A stretch of 63,700 bases of DNA, filler included, from Octopus bimaculoides (taxonomy: Eukaryota): NCBI RefSeq assembly GCF_001194135.2. It is 7 parts of 6 records of this genome, joined end to end, with 100 filler letters (N's around TTAATTAATTAA, not from the genome) between each part and the next. Parts side by side here need not be neighbours in the genome. Positions count along the whole stretch, not along the records: positions 10,959 to 32,811 come from NC_068996.1; 6 more parts are not named here. One strand, given 5' to 3'. A model generated the notes under the pieces. The model made no database searches and had not been told where the DNA came from. It saw only the letters and a list, made by a program, of their open reading frames with translations. This document shows positions 13,154-25,000 of the stretch, one piece after another. Within the stretch, counting starts at the first letter, position 1. The number at the start of each line of letters is the position of its first letter. A program made the position numbers and the translations under genes.

Positions 13154-13700
13154 CTATTTAAGGTTAATGAAAAGAAATTTGGACATATGTTTACGAGAGG
13201 AAACTCTTTCATCTCTCAAATTTAAAATAGAACCATTCATTTTCATAATTATATAAGACTCTTCAAGGCATAAAAGGCACATTCTATTTCTAATCCTATA
13301 AGAGGGGGTAAAAGAAACAATATTCCAAGAAATTGAGAAATTTATGTTGTCTCTTTTAAGTTGCCATACCTTTTTGGATAAACTAGTAGTACTTTCTTTC
13401 CGAGGATCATTAAAAGATGATTTATGATTATTCAAACGTAATTTAAGAGGGGTCTGCGTGCAACCTATATAATGAAACCTAGAGAGATCATGTGTTGTAA
13501 TAGTAGCTTTATATACAACATTTTTTTATTTTACAATTTCTTTTAACCTCACAGGTTTTAGGGTTTCTACAGTTACAATTGTTACTAATATTAGACATAC
13601 TATTGTTATGTGTATGTGTGTCGATAGAGGAAGAGTTTGTGTGAGTATGGGAATCATTGGTAGAAGATACAGAGCTATTTGAATAATTGGGGTTAGTATA
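13154..13700 (-). pseudogene. Penelope-like GIY-YIG endonuclease C-terminal region (one frameshift)
   Basis: CNCRNPKTCEVKRNC linker, then NVVYKATITTHDLSRFHYIGCTQTPLKLRLNNHKSSF...TSLSKKVWQLK...WNI...Y...CLLCLEE...RKH*. The frameshift lies in the A-run near 13520. Confidence 0.85.
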
Positions 13701-13798
13701 AGTATTATTTGTTTTTTTCTCTACATGTATGTACATTTTTACTTTAATATTGTAACTTTTTTCAAATAGTCTTGCCTATCACCTTTTAGCCTCATGTA

Positions 13799-13829
<31 letters not shown>

Positions 13830-14821
13830 CGTTTTTCAATATTAATATGTATAAAAACATGTGACATATTAATAAATGTACAACCATCCAGATATCTGAG
13901 TACCTTATTATTTTTTCTAATACATATATACATATATATNNNNNNNNNNNNNNNNNNNNNNNNNNNNNNNNNNNNNNNNNNNNNNNNNNNNNNNNNNNNN
14001 NNNNNNNNNNNNNNNNNNNNNNNNNNNNNNNNNNNNNNNNNNNNNNNNNNNNNNNNNNNNNNNNNNNNNNNNNNNNNNNNNNNNNNNNNNNNNNNNNNNN
14101 NNNNNNNNNNNNNNNNNNNNNNNNNNNNNNNNNNNNNNNNNNNNNNNNNNNNNNNNNNNNNNNNNNNNNNNNNNNNNNNNNNNNNNNNNNNNNNNNNNNN
14201 NNNNNNNNNNNNNNNNNNNNNNNNNNNNNNNNNNNNNNNNNNNNNNNNNNNNNNNNNNNNNNNNNNNNNNNNNNNNNNNNNNNNNNNNNNNNNNNNNNNN
14301 NNNNNNNNNNNNNNNNNNNNNNNNNNNNNNNNNNNNNNNNNNNNNNNNNNNNNNNNNNNNNNNNNNNNNNNNNNNNNNNNNNNNNNNNNNNNNNNNNNNN
14401 NNNNNNNNNNNNNNNNNNNNNNNNNNNNNNNNNNNNNNNNNNNNNNNNNNNNNNNNNNNNNNNNNNNNNNNNNNNNNNNNNNNNNNNNNNNNNNNNNNNN
14501 NNNNNNNNNNNNNNNNNNNNNNNNNNNNNNNNNNNNNNNNNNNNNNNNNNNNNNNNNNNNNNNNNNNNNNNNNNNNNNNNNNNNNNNNNNNNNNNNNNNN
14601 NNNNNNNNNNNNNNNNNNNNNNNNNNNNNNNNNNNNNNNNNNNNNNNNNNNNNNNNNNNNNNNNNNNNNNNNNNNNNNNNNNNNNNNNNNNNNNNNNNNN
14701 NNNNNNNNNNNNNNNNNNNNNNNNNNNNNNNNNNNNNNNNNNNNNNNNNNNNNNNNNNNNNNNNNNNNNNNNNNNNNNNNNNNNNNNNNNNNNNNNNNNN
14801 NNNNNNNNNNNNNATAAGCCA

Positions 14822-14943
14822 AACCTATGCACATTTCAATAGGGTATCCCGGAAAAATAAACCACATCATAAGATGTCTCGTAAAATATTGTAACAAATT
14901 ACAACATATTACAAATTTCTGGATACTCCATCTCATCAGGGTC
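14822..14943 (-). ncRNA. Type-I hammerhead ribozyme with a 95-nt branched stem-II domain
   Basis: GACC-CTGATGA-GATGGAGTATCC...GGATACCCTATT-GAAA-TGTGCA-TA-GGTT. The core is intact, stem I is 4 bp, stem II pairs 11 of 12 positions, stem III is short, and two hairpins lie inside stem II. Confidence 0.8.
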
Positions 14944-15419
14944 GCATTATTGCCATCACCAATACTATTATTAGCAAAACACACACATCATCCAAGAGGG
15001 TGAAAGAATAATCGACGGCACGCAACCTAGCATCGTTATTTTCTTACAGAAAATATATACTATATGTGTGTGTATATATATAAAATATATACTATATGTG
15101 TGTGTATATATATAAAATATATACATATATATATATATATATATACATATATATATAAAACTTTGATAACTTTGATAGGTTTTGGCCAGTATAGGTCCAG
15201 GTCATGCCTAACTCAATAGCGCCACCTGATGAAGTCTTTTAGTTATATATGGGGCACCGTAGCCCAATCTAGCAAAGAGTTATTGCTGTTGGAGACATAT
15301 CCGGGTGTAGGAGGTTGGTCTGGGATTTTTTGCAGAAATTGAGCCGATAAGTTCATTAGCCCAGAACATTTCCCAGTTCTTGAAATGTCTAAGCAATGAA
15401 ATACATAAGATTCTCACCT

Positions 15420-15590
15420 CCCCTTTTGTCACAGGATTAGCCCCCAGTTGCTTCTGGCATGCATTTCAGCTGAATGGACTGGGATAACATGGAATGAAAT
15501 GCCTGTGCAGGGGCACAACATGCTATCTAGTTTCAACATTGAAACCACAACCTTCCAGTTGTGAGTCCAACACCTTAACCATTGAGCATT
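15420..15590 (-). mobile_element. CORE/MIR-like SINE fragment
   Basis: CAGCTGAATGGACTGGGATAACATGGAATGAAATGCCTGTGCAGGGGCACAAC resembles the CORE block and is followed by a degenerate tRNA-like head. A related tail is at about 39075-39180. Confidence 0.55.
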
Positions 15591-16838
15591 AGTAATAAAT
15601 AGATTATGTTAAGTTTTTCTTTGAATATTGCTTTCCAAAAAGTCAGTGTTTTCCTTCTCTCTTGAAAACTGAAAAAAGCCTATTAATTTTGGTTTCAAGT
15701 TTTCGTGCAAGGCCTGAAATTTTGAAGGAGGGAGTGAGTAAGTTGATTACATTGACCCCAGTGCGTAACTGGTACTTATTTCATCAACACCGAAAGGATA
15801 AAATGCAAAGCCAACCTCAGCAGAATTTGAACTCAGAATGTGAAGAAGGATGAAATACCACAAAGCGTTTTGCCCAGCATGCTAACGATTCTGCTCACCA
15901 GCTTATTAATATTCCTTTCTATGAAAGACCTGAAATTTTAAGGAAAAGATCTAGTTGATTACATCAACCCCAATGCTTGACTGGTGCTTATGTTATCAAC
16001 CCCAAGAGAATGAAAGACAAAGTCGACGTCAGCTGTATTTGAACTCAGATTGTGGAAACATGAAAAGCCTCTAAGTTTGGTGAACTAATGGTTCTGCCAG
16101 CTCACTGCCTTATTAATATTGCCATTCCTAAAAGAGGTTTTTGATATTGATTATGTTATGGAAAGAACCTACTTCTTTGATCTGTTCATCTTTTGAGGTT
16201 CAGATATAGTTATCATTAATACTATTTCAAAGTAATTAAATAACCATAGCTATATGTTTAACGTTTGATACATGATCTCTAATGACAGAAATCAGCAGTG
16301 ATCAGCATATTTATGTTCAGGTTTGTGAGAATATATTGAGAATGGATACATTCATATTTCATTCAGCTTGACTTTTTTCTTCAGTGTTTTCAGTCTATTA
16401 TAGACTGACCGAGTTGATATATTCCTAACTATGTAAATGGCAGGGCAAAATCAAAACCTTGATTTGATTTGATAATTTTTTGTAAGTATTTATAAATCTA
16501 AATTCAAACTTAATTTTAAAAAATTACAAAATATTTTATTTTTCAGTGAATCTCAACTGAATCCTTTAGAAATATCTGACTTGTATCTCTATCATATGAT
16601 AATTTCTGCTCCTCTCTACTTCATGCGTAAATATACACGCACTCATATACACATTTTCAGCTAAAAGTAATCTCTTATGAAGTTTAATAAAATACAATTT
16701 TAAATAATTTAAAATAAATTTTCTTTTTTTAAAAATTTAACAAGAAACTGAATTAAATTTACAAATGTAAGATTTTTAAAAATATTTCATCAAATAAGAT
16801 TCAATAAGATAATTAAAAACTTATATCTTTTCTTATAG

Positions 16839-16962
16839 AAACCTCCCATTGGCAATCTTCATCTCAATGAGTCTTGTAATTACTGTCTATCTCATTGCAA
16901 ATATTGCTTATCTTGGAGTTTTGTCACCTTTTGAAATGCTCAAGTCTACTGCTGTAGCTGTG
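16839..16962 (+). CDS. Internal coding exon (124 nt) of an SLC7 / L-type amino acid transporter (LAT family, APC superfamily)
   Basis: Acceptor ...TTATATCTTTTCTTATAG, donor GTG|GTAAGT, phase 2 to phase 0. Translates (R)[41 protein letters not shown], matching the NLPLAI...S...AVAV segment of LAT1/xCT/b0,+AT-type light chains. The specific paralog cannot be assigned. Confidence 0.92.
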
Positions 16963-17687
16963 GTAAGTACTTCGAATTGTTTTACTTGTTACAAATTCAT
17001 ACTTTGTGTGGTAACTTATTCTAAATTTTGTTGACTTTGTATTTCTGTGTAGTGTACTTAATCAACTTTTCTTATGAATTCTAAATTTATAAATATATGA
17101 ATACTTTTCATTCATTTGTTTAACATCTATTCTACCATGTTAACATAAGTTTGGACAGGGAGTCATTTAAAGCAAGATATGGTTAGGTGCTCATTCTGTC
17201 ACCAGACCTAAACTGTTTTCAAATAAGGGATGTTAATTCGGGAAGGTTTTGAAAGCATAGTAGCATGTATAAACTACACAATATAAACAATGGACTCACA
17301 AGAAATTTAATAAAATCACAGATAGACTAACAGAAAAAATAAACTTTGTACATAACAGATGCACTGGAGCAATATTTACTATGAGCTCACTGGAATTAAA
17401 CCCTTTTAGAACTATTACTAGTTCCATGAAAAAAAGCACCCAGTATACTACTTTGTAAAGTGGTTGTTGTTAGAGAGGGCATCCAGCTGTAGAAATTGTA
17501 CCAAACTCATCACCGGAGTATGGTGCAATCCTCTGACTTGTCAGATCCTGTCAAACCATTTCACCATTTGGCCAGCATAGAAGTCAGTTTTTATATAATG
17601 GTGGTGATGATAGAGGTCGCAACAGTGATTGTGTGTATATATATATATATGTGTGTGTGTGTGTACATACATACACAAATAGGTGTG

Positions 17688-17728
<41 letters not shown>

Positions 17729-17829
17729 TATAAAAATAGATGGAAATTGGTTCAGTCACTACAGCTGTTTCAAACTATCTTTTTTATTCATGAATAGAAT
17801 TATTACATCAGGCAAAAAAATAATCTCTT

Positions 17830-19420
17830 ATGCAGGTTCCTTATACAGTTAGGGAGTGGCACTTCACACAGCTGTCTTCATTCATACATGACCATACCAG
17901 CGCAGTTGCCTCTTGCATAACACATTTCATGCTTCTTATGCTCAACTTTTCTCTCAGGGTACTTACACTCCATCGTGTATGCACACTGACATTATACATC
18001 CAGCTGATCATACCAGCTTCATTTCTTTCAAGCCTATGCATGTCCTCAGCATTCATGACTCATGTTTCATTGCCGTGTAATATGGCAGTTCGCATACATG
18101 CATCATACAGTCTACTTTTCACCGAGTGAGAGGCCCTTAGTTGCCAGCAGAGGTAGGAGCTCCCTGAACTTTGCCCAGGCTCTTCTTACTCTTGTCGCTA
18201 TACTCTCAGAGCAACCAACCCCACTACTGACTTGGTCACCTATGTACCAGAAGCTATTAACTACTTCTAGTTTCTCCCCTTAGCATGTGATAGAATCTGT
18301 TTTCTGTACATCTTCAGTGTTTATTGCCCCAGTGCATCTGCCACACACAAAAACTATTTTCCCGGTTAACCTTCCTTTGATATTGCTGCACCTTTTATGT
18401 ATCCATAGTTTATACTGAGTACATCATATGTAGTTTCTATCCACACCTTTTCTACAGATCAAGCAGGGTCATCTATCTACCTGAAGGGGTTTGTGATTTG
18501 ACAGCCTTCCTACTTACTAAGACTTTGGTTTTTACTAGGTTAAACCTAAGGCCCTTCGATTCTAGACTTTACTTGCACACCATAAACTTCATCTCTAGTT
18601 CTGGCAAGGTTATCAGCCAGCAAGGTCATCAGCATAGAGGAGCTCCCAGGGGCAGCCTGTTTTGAATTCCTCTGTTATTGCCTGGAGGACTATGATGAAT
18701 AAGAGGGGGCTGAGGACAGATCCTTGGTGAACCCCTACTTCTACTCGGAATTCTTCATTGTAATCGTTGCCAACCCTCACCTTACTGACAGCGTCCCTGT
18801 ACAGAGCTTGTACAGCTCTTACCAGCCACTCATCTATTACCAGTTTCCACATTGACCACCAGATAAGGGATCGGGGGATCCTGTCAAAGGCTTTCTCCAA
18901 GTCAACAAAAGCCAAGTACAGAGGTTTATCTTTCGCTAGGTATTTCTCCTGCAGTTGCCTTACCATAAATATAGCATCATTGGTGCTTCTCCCTGGCACG
19001 AACCCAAACTGCATCTCATTTAGGCTAACTATCTCCCTAATTAGTTGGGCTATGACCCTCTCTGTAACTTTCATCACTTGATCCAATAATCTGATACCCC
19101 TGTAGTTATTTCTATCTAAAGCATTACCTTTACCCTTGTAGCAATTGACTATGGTGCTGCTACATTAGTCATTGGGTATGACCCCTTCATGAACTATCTG
19201 ATTTACGATGCAGGTAACAAGACCATAACCCACACCGCCAGATATTTTAAGCACTGATTCTTCATACCCTTAATTGGTTTATCTACCTGGGAACTATCAA
19301 TTCAGATTGCTCGTCCCCCAGTTGGGTCAACCTTTGGCAGACTCTTCTCCTCCCATTCATTCTCCACATTCAGCAGTCTTTCATAATGGCATCTCCAAGC
19401 CTGTTTCTTTGTGTGCGCGC
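17830..19420 (-). mobile_element. RTE-clade LINE, 5'-truncated (RT, Cys/His-rich segment, C-terminus)
   Basis: ORF 18613-19086: QFGFVPGRSTNDAIF...FVDLEKAFDR...GVHQGSVLSPLLF...LLYADD. It continues degenerately to the C-terminal piece at 17841-18056. Confidence 0.92.
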
Positions 19421-19458
<38 letters not shown>

Positions 19459-19682
19459 GTATATATATGTGTATATATATGTATATAATGTTTTTGTATC
19501 CATGTATTACTGTGTATGGTAATGTATACATGCATAGGCATGTATATTGGAGTTTTTATAACTATTTATATGGTTTTATATACTTTTTTTAATGTGCTTT
19601 ATATTTTTATATTTTCATTTTTTTTCATTTTTAATTTTTATTTTATTCTTATTTTATATTTGTATTGAATTTTGTAAATTTA

Positions 19683-19900
19683 TTTCAGCAGAATGGACAT
19701 ATAACTGTTGTGCCAACATTTAAAATCCAAGTGGGAAGAAGATTACATTAAAAAAAAAGCCATCTTGACATAACCAAGGCTAGCAGGCTAGTAATTAATT
19801 CTAGCTTTGACTATGTCAAGATGGTTTTTTTTATGTATTCTTCTTTCCCACTTAGATTTTAAATGTTGTCACGACAGTAAATATGTCAATTCTGCTGAAA
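19683..19900. mobile_element. Foldback MITE-like hairpin (about 100-bp arms, about 17-nt loop)
   Basis: TTCAGCAGAAT...GCCATCTTGACATA...GGCTAG / CTAGC...TATGTCAAGATGGT...ATTCTGCTGAAA. Confidence 0.85.
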
Positions 19901-20169
19901 GAAAATTTCAGTAAATTTTCTGTATCTTTGTGCAGCTGAAGATTGCTCTGCATTTTACATTTAATGTAATGCACACATTACTTAAATAAATGGAGTAGCA
20001 TGAAACATGCGTACTGCAATAACCTTTAAAATCCGTGTTGCCTTTTTTTGATTTTTGATCACCTTGTTTTTGGAATTGTTTGGATAATACCATACTATAT
20101 TCTGGTGCCTAAACTTAAGTGCCACATTCAATTTTGAATCTAAATTTATATATATATATATTTACGTTC

Positions 20170-20730
20170 CAGAGAAAAAAACTACAAGTAGTTGATAGCT
20201 TCCGTTACCTAGGTGACCAAGTCAGTAAGCGGGGGAGGGTGCGCTGAAAGTGTAGCTACTAGAATAAGAATAGCTGAGAGCTCTTACCTCTGATAGTGAC
20301 AAAGGACCTCTCGCTCGGAGTAAAAAGGCAGACTGTATGACGCATGTGTACAAGCAGCCATGTTACATGGCAGTGAAACATGGGCCGTAAACTTGCAAGA
20401 AATGAATCCAGTCTGCTCCAATGGATGTGTAATGTCAGTGTGCATACTCGACAGAGTGTAAGTACCTTGAGAGAAAAGTTGGACCTAAGAAGCATCAGTT
20501 GTGGTGTGCAAGAGAGACGATTGCGCTGGTATGGTCATGTGGCAAGAATGGATGAGGATAGCTGTGTGAAAAAGTGCCACACCCTAGCAGTTGAGGGAAC
20601 CTGTGGAAGAGGTAGACCCAGGAAGACCTGGGATGAGGTGGTGAAGCACATACCTTTGAACATTAGGCCTCACCGAAGCAATGACTAATGACCGAGACCT
20701 TTGGAAATATGCAGTACGTGAGAAGACCCA
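20170..20730 (+). mobile_element. RTE-clade LINE C-terminal fragment
   Basis: ORF 20380-20688 ...RNESSLLQWMCNVSV...RRLRWYGHVARM...GRGRPRKTW, an inverted homolog of 17830-18280. Confidence 0.9.
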
Positions 20731-21790
20731 NNNNNNNNNNNNNNNNNNNNNNNNNNNNNNNNNNNNNNNNNNNNNNNNNNNNNNNNNNNNNNNNNNNNNN
20801 NNNNNNNNNNNNNNNNNNNNNNNNNNNNNNNNNNNNNNNNNNNNNNNNNNNNNNNNNNNNNNNNNNNNNNNNNNNNNNNNNNNNNNNNNNNNNNNNNNNN
20901 NNNNNNNNNNNNNNNNNNNNNNNNNNNNNNNNNNNNNNNNNNNNNNNNNNNNNNNNNNNNNNNNNNNNNNNNNNNNNNNNNNNNNNNNNNNNNNNNNNNN
21001 NNNNNNNNNNNNNNNNNNNNNNNNNNNNNNNNNNNNNNNNNNNNNNNNNNNNNNNNNNNNNNNNNNNNNNNNNNNNNNNNNNNNNNNNNNNNNNNNNNNN
21101 NNNNNNNNNNNNNNNNNNNNNNNNNNNNNNNNNNNNNNNNNNNNNNNNNNNNNNNNNNNNNNNNNNNNNNNNNNNNNNNNNNNNNNNNNNNNNNNNNNNN
21201 NNNNNNNNNNNNNNNNNNNNNNNNNNNNNNNNNTATTACGCCATCTACGATAAGTCTTGCTAGGTGAAAATCAACTGAAAAAACACTTATGATGTAAATA
21301 TGTTCGTAATTCAAAAGACGATGAAATTAAAAGGGCAAGTTTGAAAGCTGTTTTGCGTAACATTATTAATCGTACGTAAATTTCATCCGTCTAATTGGCT
21401 ATACAAATGATATGTGCAAAACAACTTTTTGCACTGCCTGATTATACATAGCAGGGTAATCCCTTTTCGCAGGAGCTAGGATGCCAATTTCTGATGAAGC
21501 AATTGCTGGCGATCTGTTGCTACACATTTTTGCCAGAATTCTAACAGATTGGGCAGAAGATGTTGATGCACCATTTTGCATTATGTTCAAAGTAGCTTCT
21601 GGAATGTGGTGAATTGCTGCAGTCTGTTGCTGTCTTTTTAAACCGGTTGCTTTCTTTCCCCAGCAAGCTCTCTTCTTTGGAGGCATAATCTATGTATATA
21701 TTAAACAGAACAACAAAAGTTATAATAGATGGCAGGGTCGGTAGTTTTCACATTTCGGTAATTTTGCAGATTAACATCCGCACGATTACT

Positions 21791-21879
21791 TAACCCTAAC
21801 ACTAACACTAAATCATAACCCTAAAACCCTAACCCTAACCCTGACCCTAAAACTGTAACTGTAACACTAACCCTAACCC
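21791..21879 (+). repeat. Degenerate interstitial telomere-like (TAACCC)n array
   Basis: TAACCCTAACACTAACAC...CCCTAACCCTAACCCTGACCCTAA...CCCTAACCC. Confidence 0.8.
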
Positions 21880-23459
21880 GGTAATGTTCAAGTTTAGGGA
21901 GTTAAAAAAAGAAAACAAAAAATATTCAAGGGAAATAACTGAACGACTTACCAGTATTGTCCGTAGTACTCTGAAATGTGTTTTCTTTTAGCTGTTTATA
22001 AATAAATCACACACGTGTTTTTTTTTTGTTTTTTTTTCACACGGGGTTTTTTTTCTAAAACAGCATGCGACAGAAGGAGAGAACTTTGTCGATGGAAATG
22101 ATAATGAAATTCAACAGATATTAGATATTTATTCAAGGGTCAGCATGCAGTTCTAGAAATTAACCTACTCAACATTATAAACGTCANNNNNNNNNNNNNN
22201 NNNNNNNNNNNNNNNNNNNNNNNNNNNNNNNNNNNNNNNNNNNNNNNNNNNNNNNNNNNNNNNNNNNNNNNNNNNNNNNNNNNNNNNNNNNNNNNNNNNN
22301 NNNNNNNNNNNNNNNNNNNNNNNNNNNNNNNNNNNNNNNNNNNNNNNNNNNNNNNNNNNNNNNNNNNNNNNNNNNNNNNNNNNNNNNNNNNNNNNNNNNN
22401 NNNNNNNNNNNNNNNNNNNNNNNNNNNNNNNNNNNNNNNNNNNNNNNNNNNNNNNNNNNNNNNNNNNNNNNNNNNNNNNNNNNNNNNNNNNNNNNNNNNN
22501 NNNNNNNNNNNNNNNNNNNNNNNNNNNNNNNNNNNNNNNNNNNNNNNNNNNNNNNNNNNNNNNNNNNNNNNNNNNNNNNNNNNNNNNNNNNNNNNNNNNN
22601 NNNNNNNNNNNNNNNNNNNNNNNNNNNNNNNNNNNNNNNNNNNNNNNNNNNNNNNNNNNNNNNNNNNNNNNNNNNNNNNNNNNNNNNNNNNNNNNNNNNN
22701 NNNNNNNNNNNNNNNNNNNNNNNNNNNNNNNNNNNNNNNNNNNNNNNNNNNNNNNNNNNNNNNNNNNNNNNNNNNNNNNNNNNNNNNNNNNNNNNNNNNN
22801 NNNNNNNNNNNNNNNNNNNNNNNNNNNNNNNNNNNNNNNNNNNNNNNNNNNNNNNNNNNNNNNNNNNNNNNNNNNNNNNNNNNNNNNNNNNNNNNNNNNN
22901 NNNNNNNNNNNNNNNNNNNNNNNNNNNNNNNNNNNNNNNNNNNNNNNNNNNNNNNNNNNNNNNNNNNNNNNNNTTACATACAGCGTAACTAAAAGCAAAG
23001 TTTAATCTATGACTTTGTATGCATAAGAGAAAGTAGGAGTTATCGTTCGTAAATGTTCATAAGAGAAAGTAGGAGTTGAAAGGATTTGTAAAGGTCGTAG
23101 AAAGAGGAAATGTAGGTTTTATTAGAGGGGGGAAATGTTATTTTGTGCAGTTTAATGGATTTTATTGGTAACTGTGATTGATTTTGACGGAAAAAATGGC
23201 GCAGTTACGTAGGTTATGGTATTTAGAATATTAATTCCGATTGTTTCATTCAAGAAATTTGGAATTGTGTAAATGTATGAATTGGATACACATATACACA
23301 CACTCACAAACTCAGCTATATATATATATAGATATATATGTACTTATATATGTATATATGTATATGTATATATATGTGTATGTACATAGTGTGTGTGTAT
23401 ATATGTATATATATATATATGAATATATGTGTGTATATGCATATGTGTATATATATGTA

Positions 23460-23505
<46 letters not shown>

Positions 23506-23526
23506 CCCTTGTCATTTTCCCTATTT

Positions 23527-23582
23527 GTCTCTGATGACGGAATATCCCATACTCTGGGATATCCCAGAAACAGCTGCAAGAC
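23527..23582 (+). ncRNA. Minimal type-I hammerhead ribozyme motif, probably inactivated
   Basis: GTCT-CTGATGA-CGGAATATCCCA-TACTC-TGGGATATCCCA-GAAA-CAGCTG-CA-AGAC. Stem I is 4 bp, stem II 10 bp and stem III palindromic, but U16.1 is changed to C and the stem II basal pair is mismatched. Confidence 0.75.
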
Positions 23583-23609
23583 TTTGAATTTTTTTTCCAA
23601 TAATAATAT

Positions 23610-25000
23610 TGTATGACTTGAGATGTTTGCCTTGCCTTAACGTTTGTTGTCCTCTATTATAATCATATATCTGCTGCATCAGAAAATCTTTACATTGTAT
23701 CATATATTTGTTTAATATATATACATAAGGAATGCAGTAATTAAGAATGGAGCAGAGTAGTCTCCACATCTGGTAACGGAGTAGCTGAAATATTTGCAAA
23801 CTCCATAGTCCGATAGTATTCACGGTCATCATGTACTAAACCCAGTTTCATTGCAGCCTCTTTGTAACTATAGCAAACTACACCATCAATAGTCCTCATA
23901 TCTTCAAATGATGTAGCTTCAAGAATATGATATAGTAAAGCTCTCAGATTGAATTGCTTTTGTTCCTTTGGTGAAACAAAGTAGATATGCCTAATTGAGT
24001 GTGTTATTATTTTTTCTGAGATGCCACATTTTCTCACTATTATTTCATGTGTAAAATTCAGGGAAACCAGAAGAGTGTAATGTCCATACAAATGAGTTAG
24101 CTGGTGAGTCCCGGTTAACTCACATCCATTCAGTGAGATTGGACCTGTCATGTGTGTGGATAACATGTTCAATATCATCATCATCATTAAAGTAAATGTT
24201 TTGCTGTTGGGGTAAATGAACTGTAAGCTGTTGGACTGCAGGATATGAACCCTGTAATTTGAACCTTAAAATCCTCCAGACTGCCTCTGATGCAGATACA
24301 TAGTGGCCATTGATATAATTTTCAGTTTCATCTTTTTGTGTTTGTTGTGCATTGGTTTGTCCACTAATATTGACCGTCACCTGATCATGACCTTAATGAA
24401 TATATTTAACTGATTTTATAGATGCACATATCTCTACATTACAATGACCTCCATACTTGACTAAAAAGAAGGGGGAATATGGTACTACTGAACGATTATC
24501 TAATTCAACATTAGACTTTGTAAATGTAAAGCCATTATTTTGAATTTGGTAAAGCGGACAGCCATTATAACTGTGTCATGTATTTTCCTGAAAGTCTTTT
24601 GGGAAATGTTTTTTACATTTCCCATCAACCATACATGTTGCATTGGGTTTATCTCTTCCACATGGACCATGTAGCATGCTTAGGGTGACATGTTGAAAGA
24701 GAATTGGTTGTGTTTGTGGATTTGGAAGTTCTGCATAAACAAATTTATCTGAATGTTTTGGATCTTTACTTAATATGAACAACATATGACAATGGGGTAG
24801 TCCATGCTTTTGAAACTTTATAGTCCACATGTACCCTGCAACCTCTCTCAAAGCATTCTTCTCCAAAATATCATGCAAGAGATCCCTAAGTTTCATGTTA
24901 AATACTCTGTCAGTTAAATCTGGTCTGTCAGCTGGTGTCCGTCCTGGATAAAGTTTGTCTGTGATACCAGTCAAGCAATGAAAATTCTGACACAATTGAA
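23610..25000 (-). mobile_element. Degenerate Helitron Rep/Hel fragment (Rep HUH domain and linker, no helicase seen)
   Basis: LYPGRTPADRPDL, IKFQKHGLPHCHML (HUH), MLHGPCG, CKKHFPK, DNRSVVPYSPF...HCNVEICASIKSVKY, YVSASEAVWRI, TSFEDMRTIDG...YKEAAMKLGL. Multiple frameshifts. Confidence 0.9.

Larger units (their letters stand above)
11200..13920 (-). mobile_element. 5'-truncated Penelope-like element: GIY-YIG ORF remnant, U-rich 3' region with hammerhead, and an inverted terminal segment
   Basis: GIY-YIG remnant at 13154-13700. Hammerhead at 11213-11310 on the same strand. Segment 11728-11850 recurs inverted at 13711-13849. A SINE, microsatellites and a gap interrupt the middle, so unity as one element is inferred. 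Confidence 0.6.

Noticed and set aside
15220-15400. CTGATGAAGTC as another hammerhead
   Set aside because: No downstream GAAA-stem III-UH with a complementary stem I could be found.
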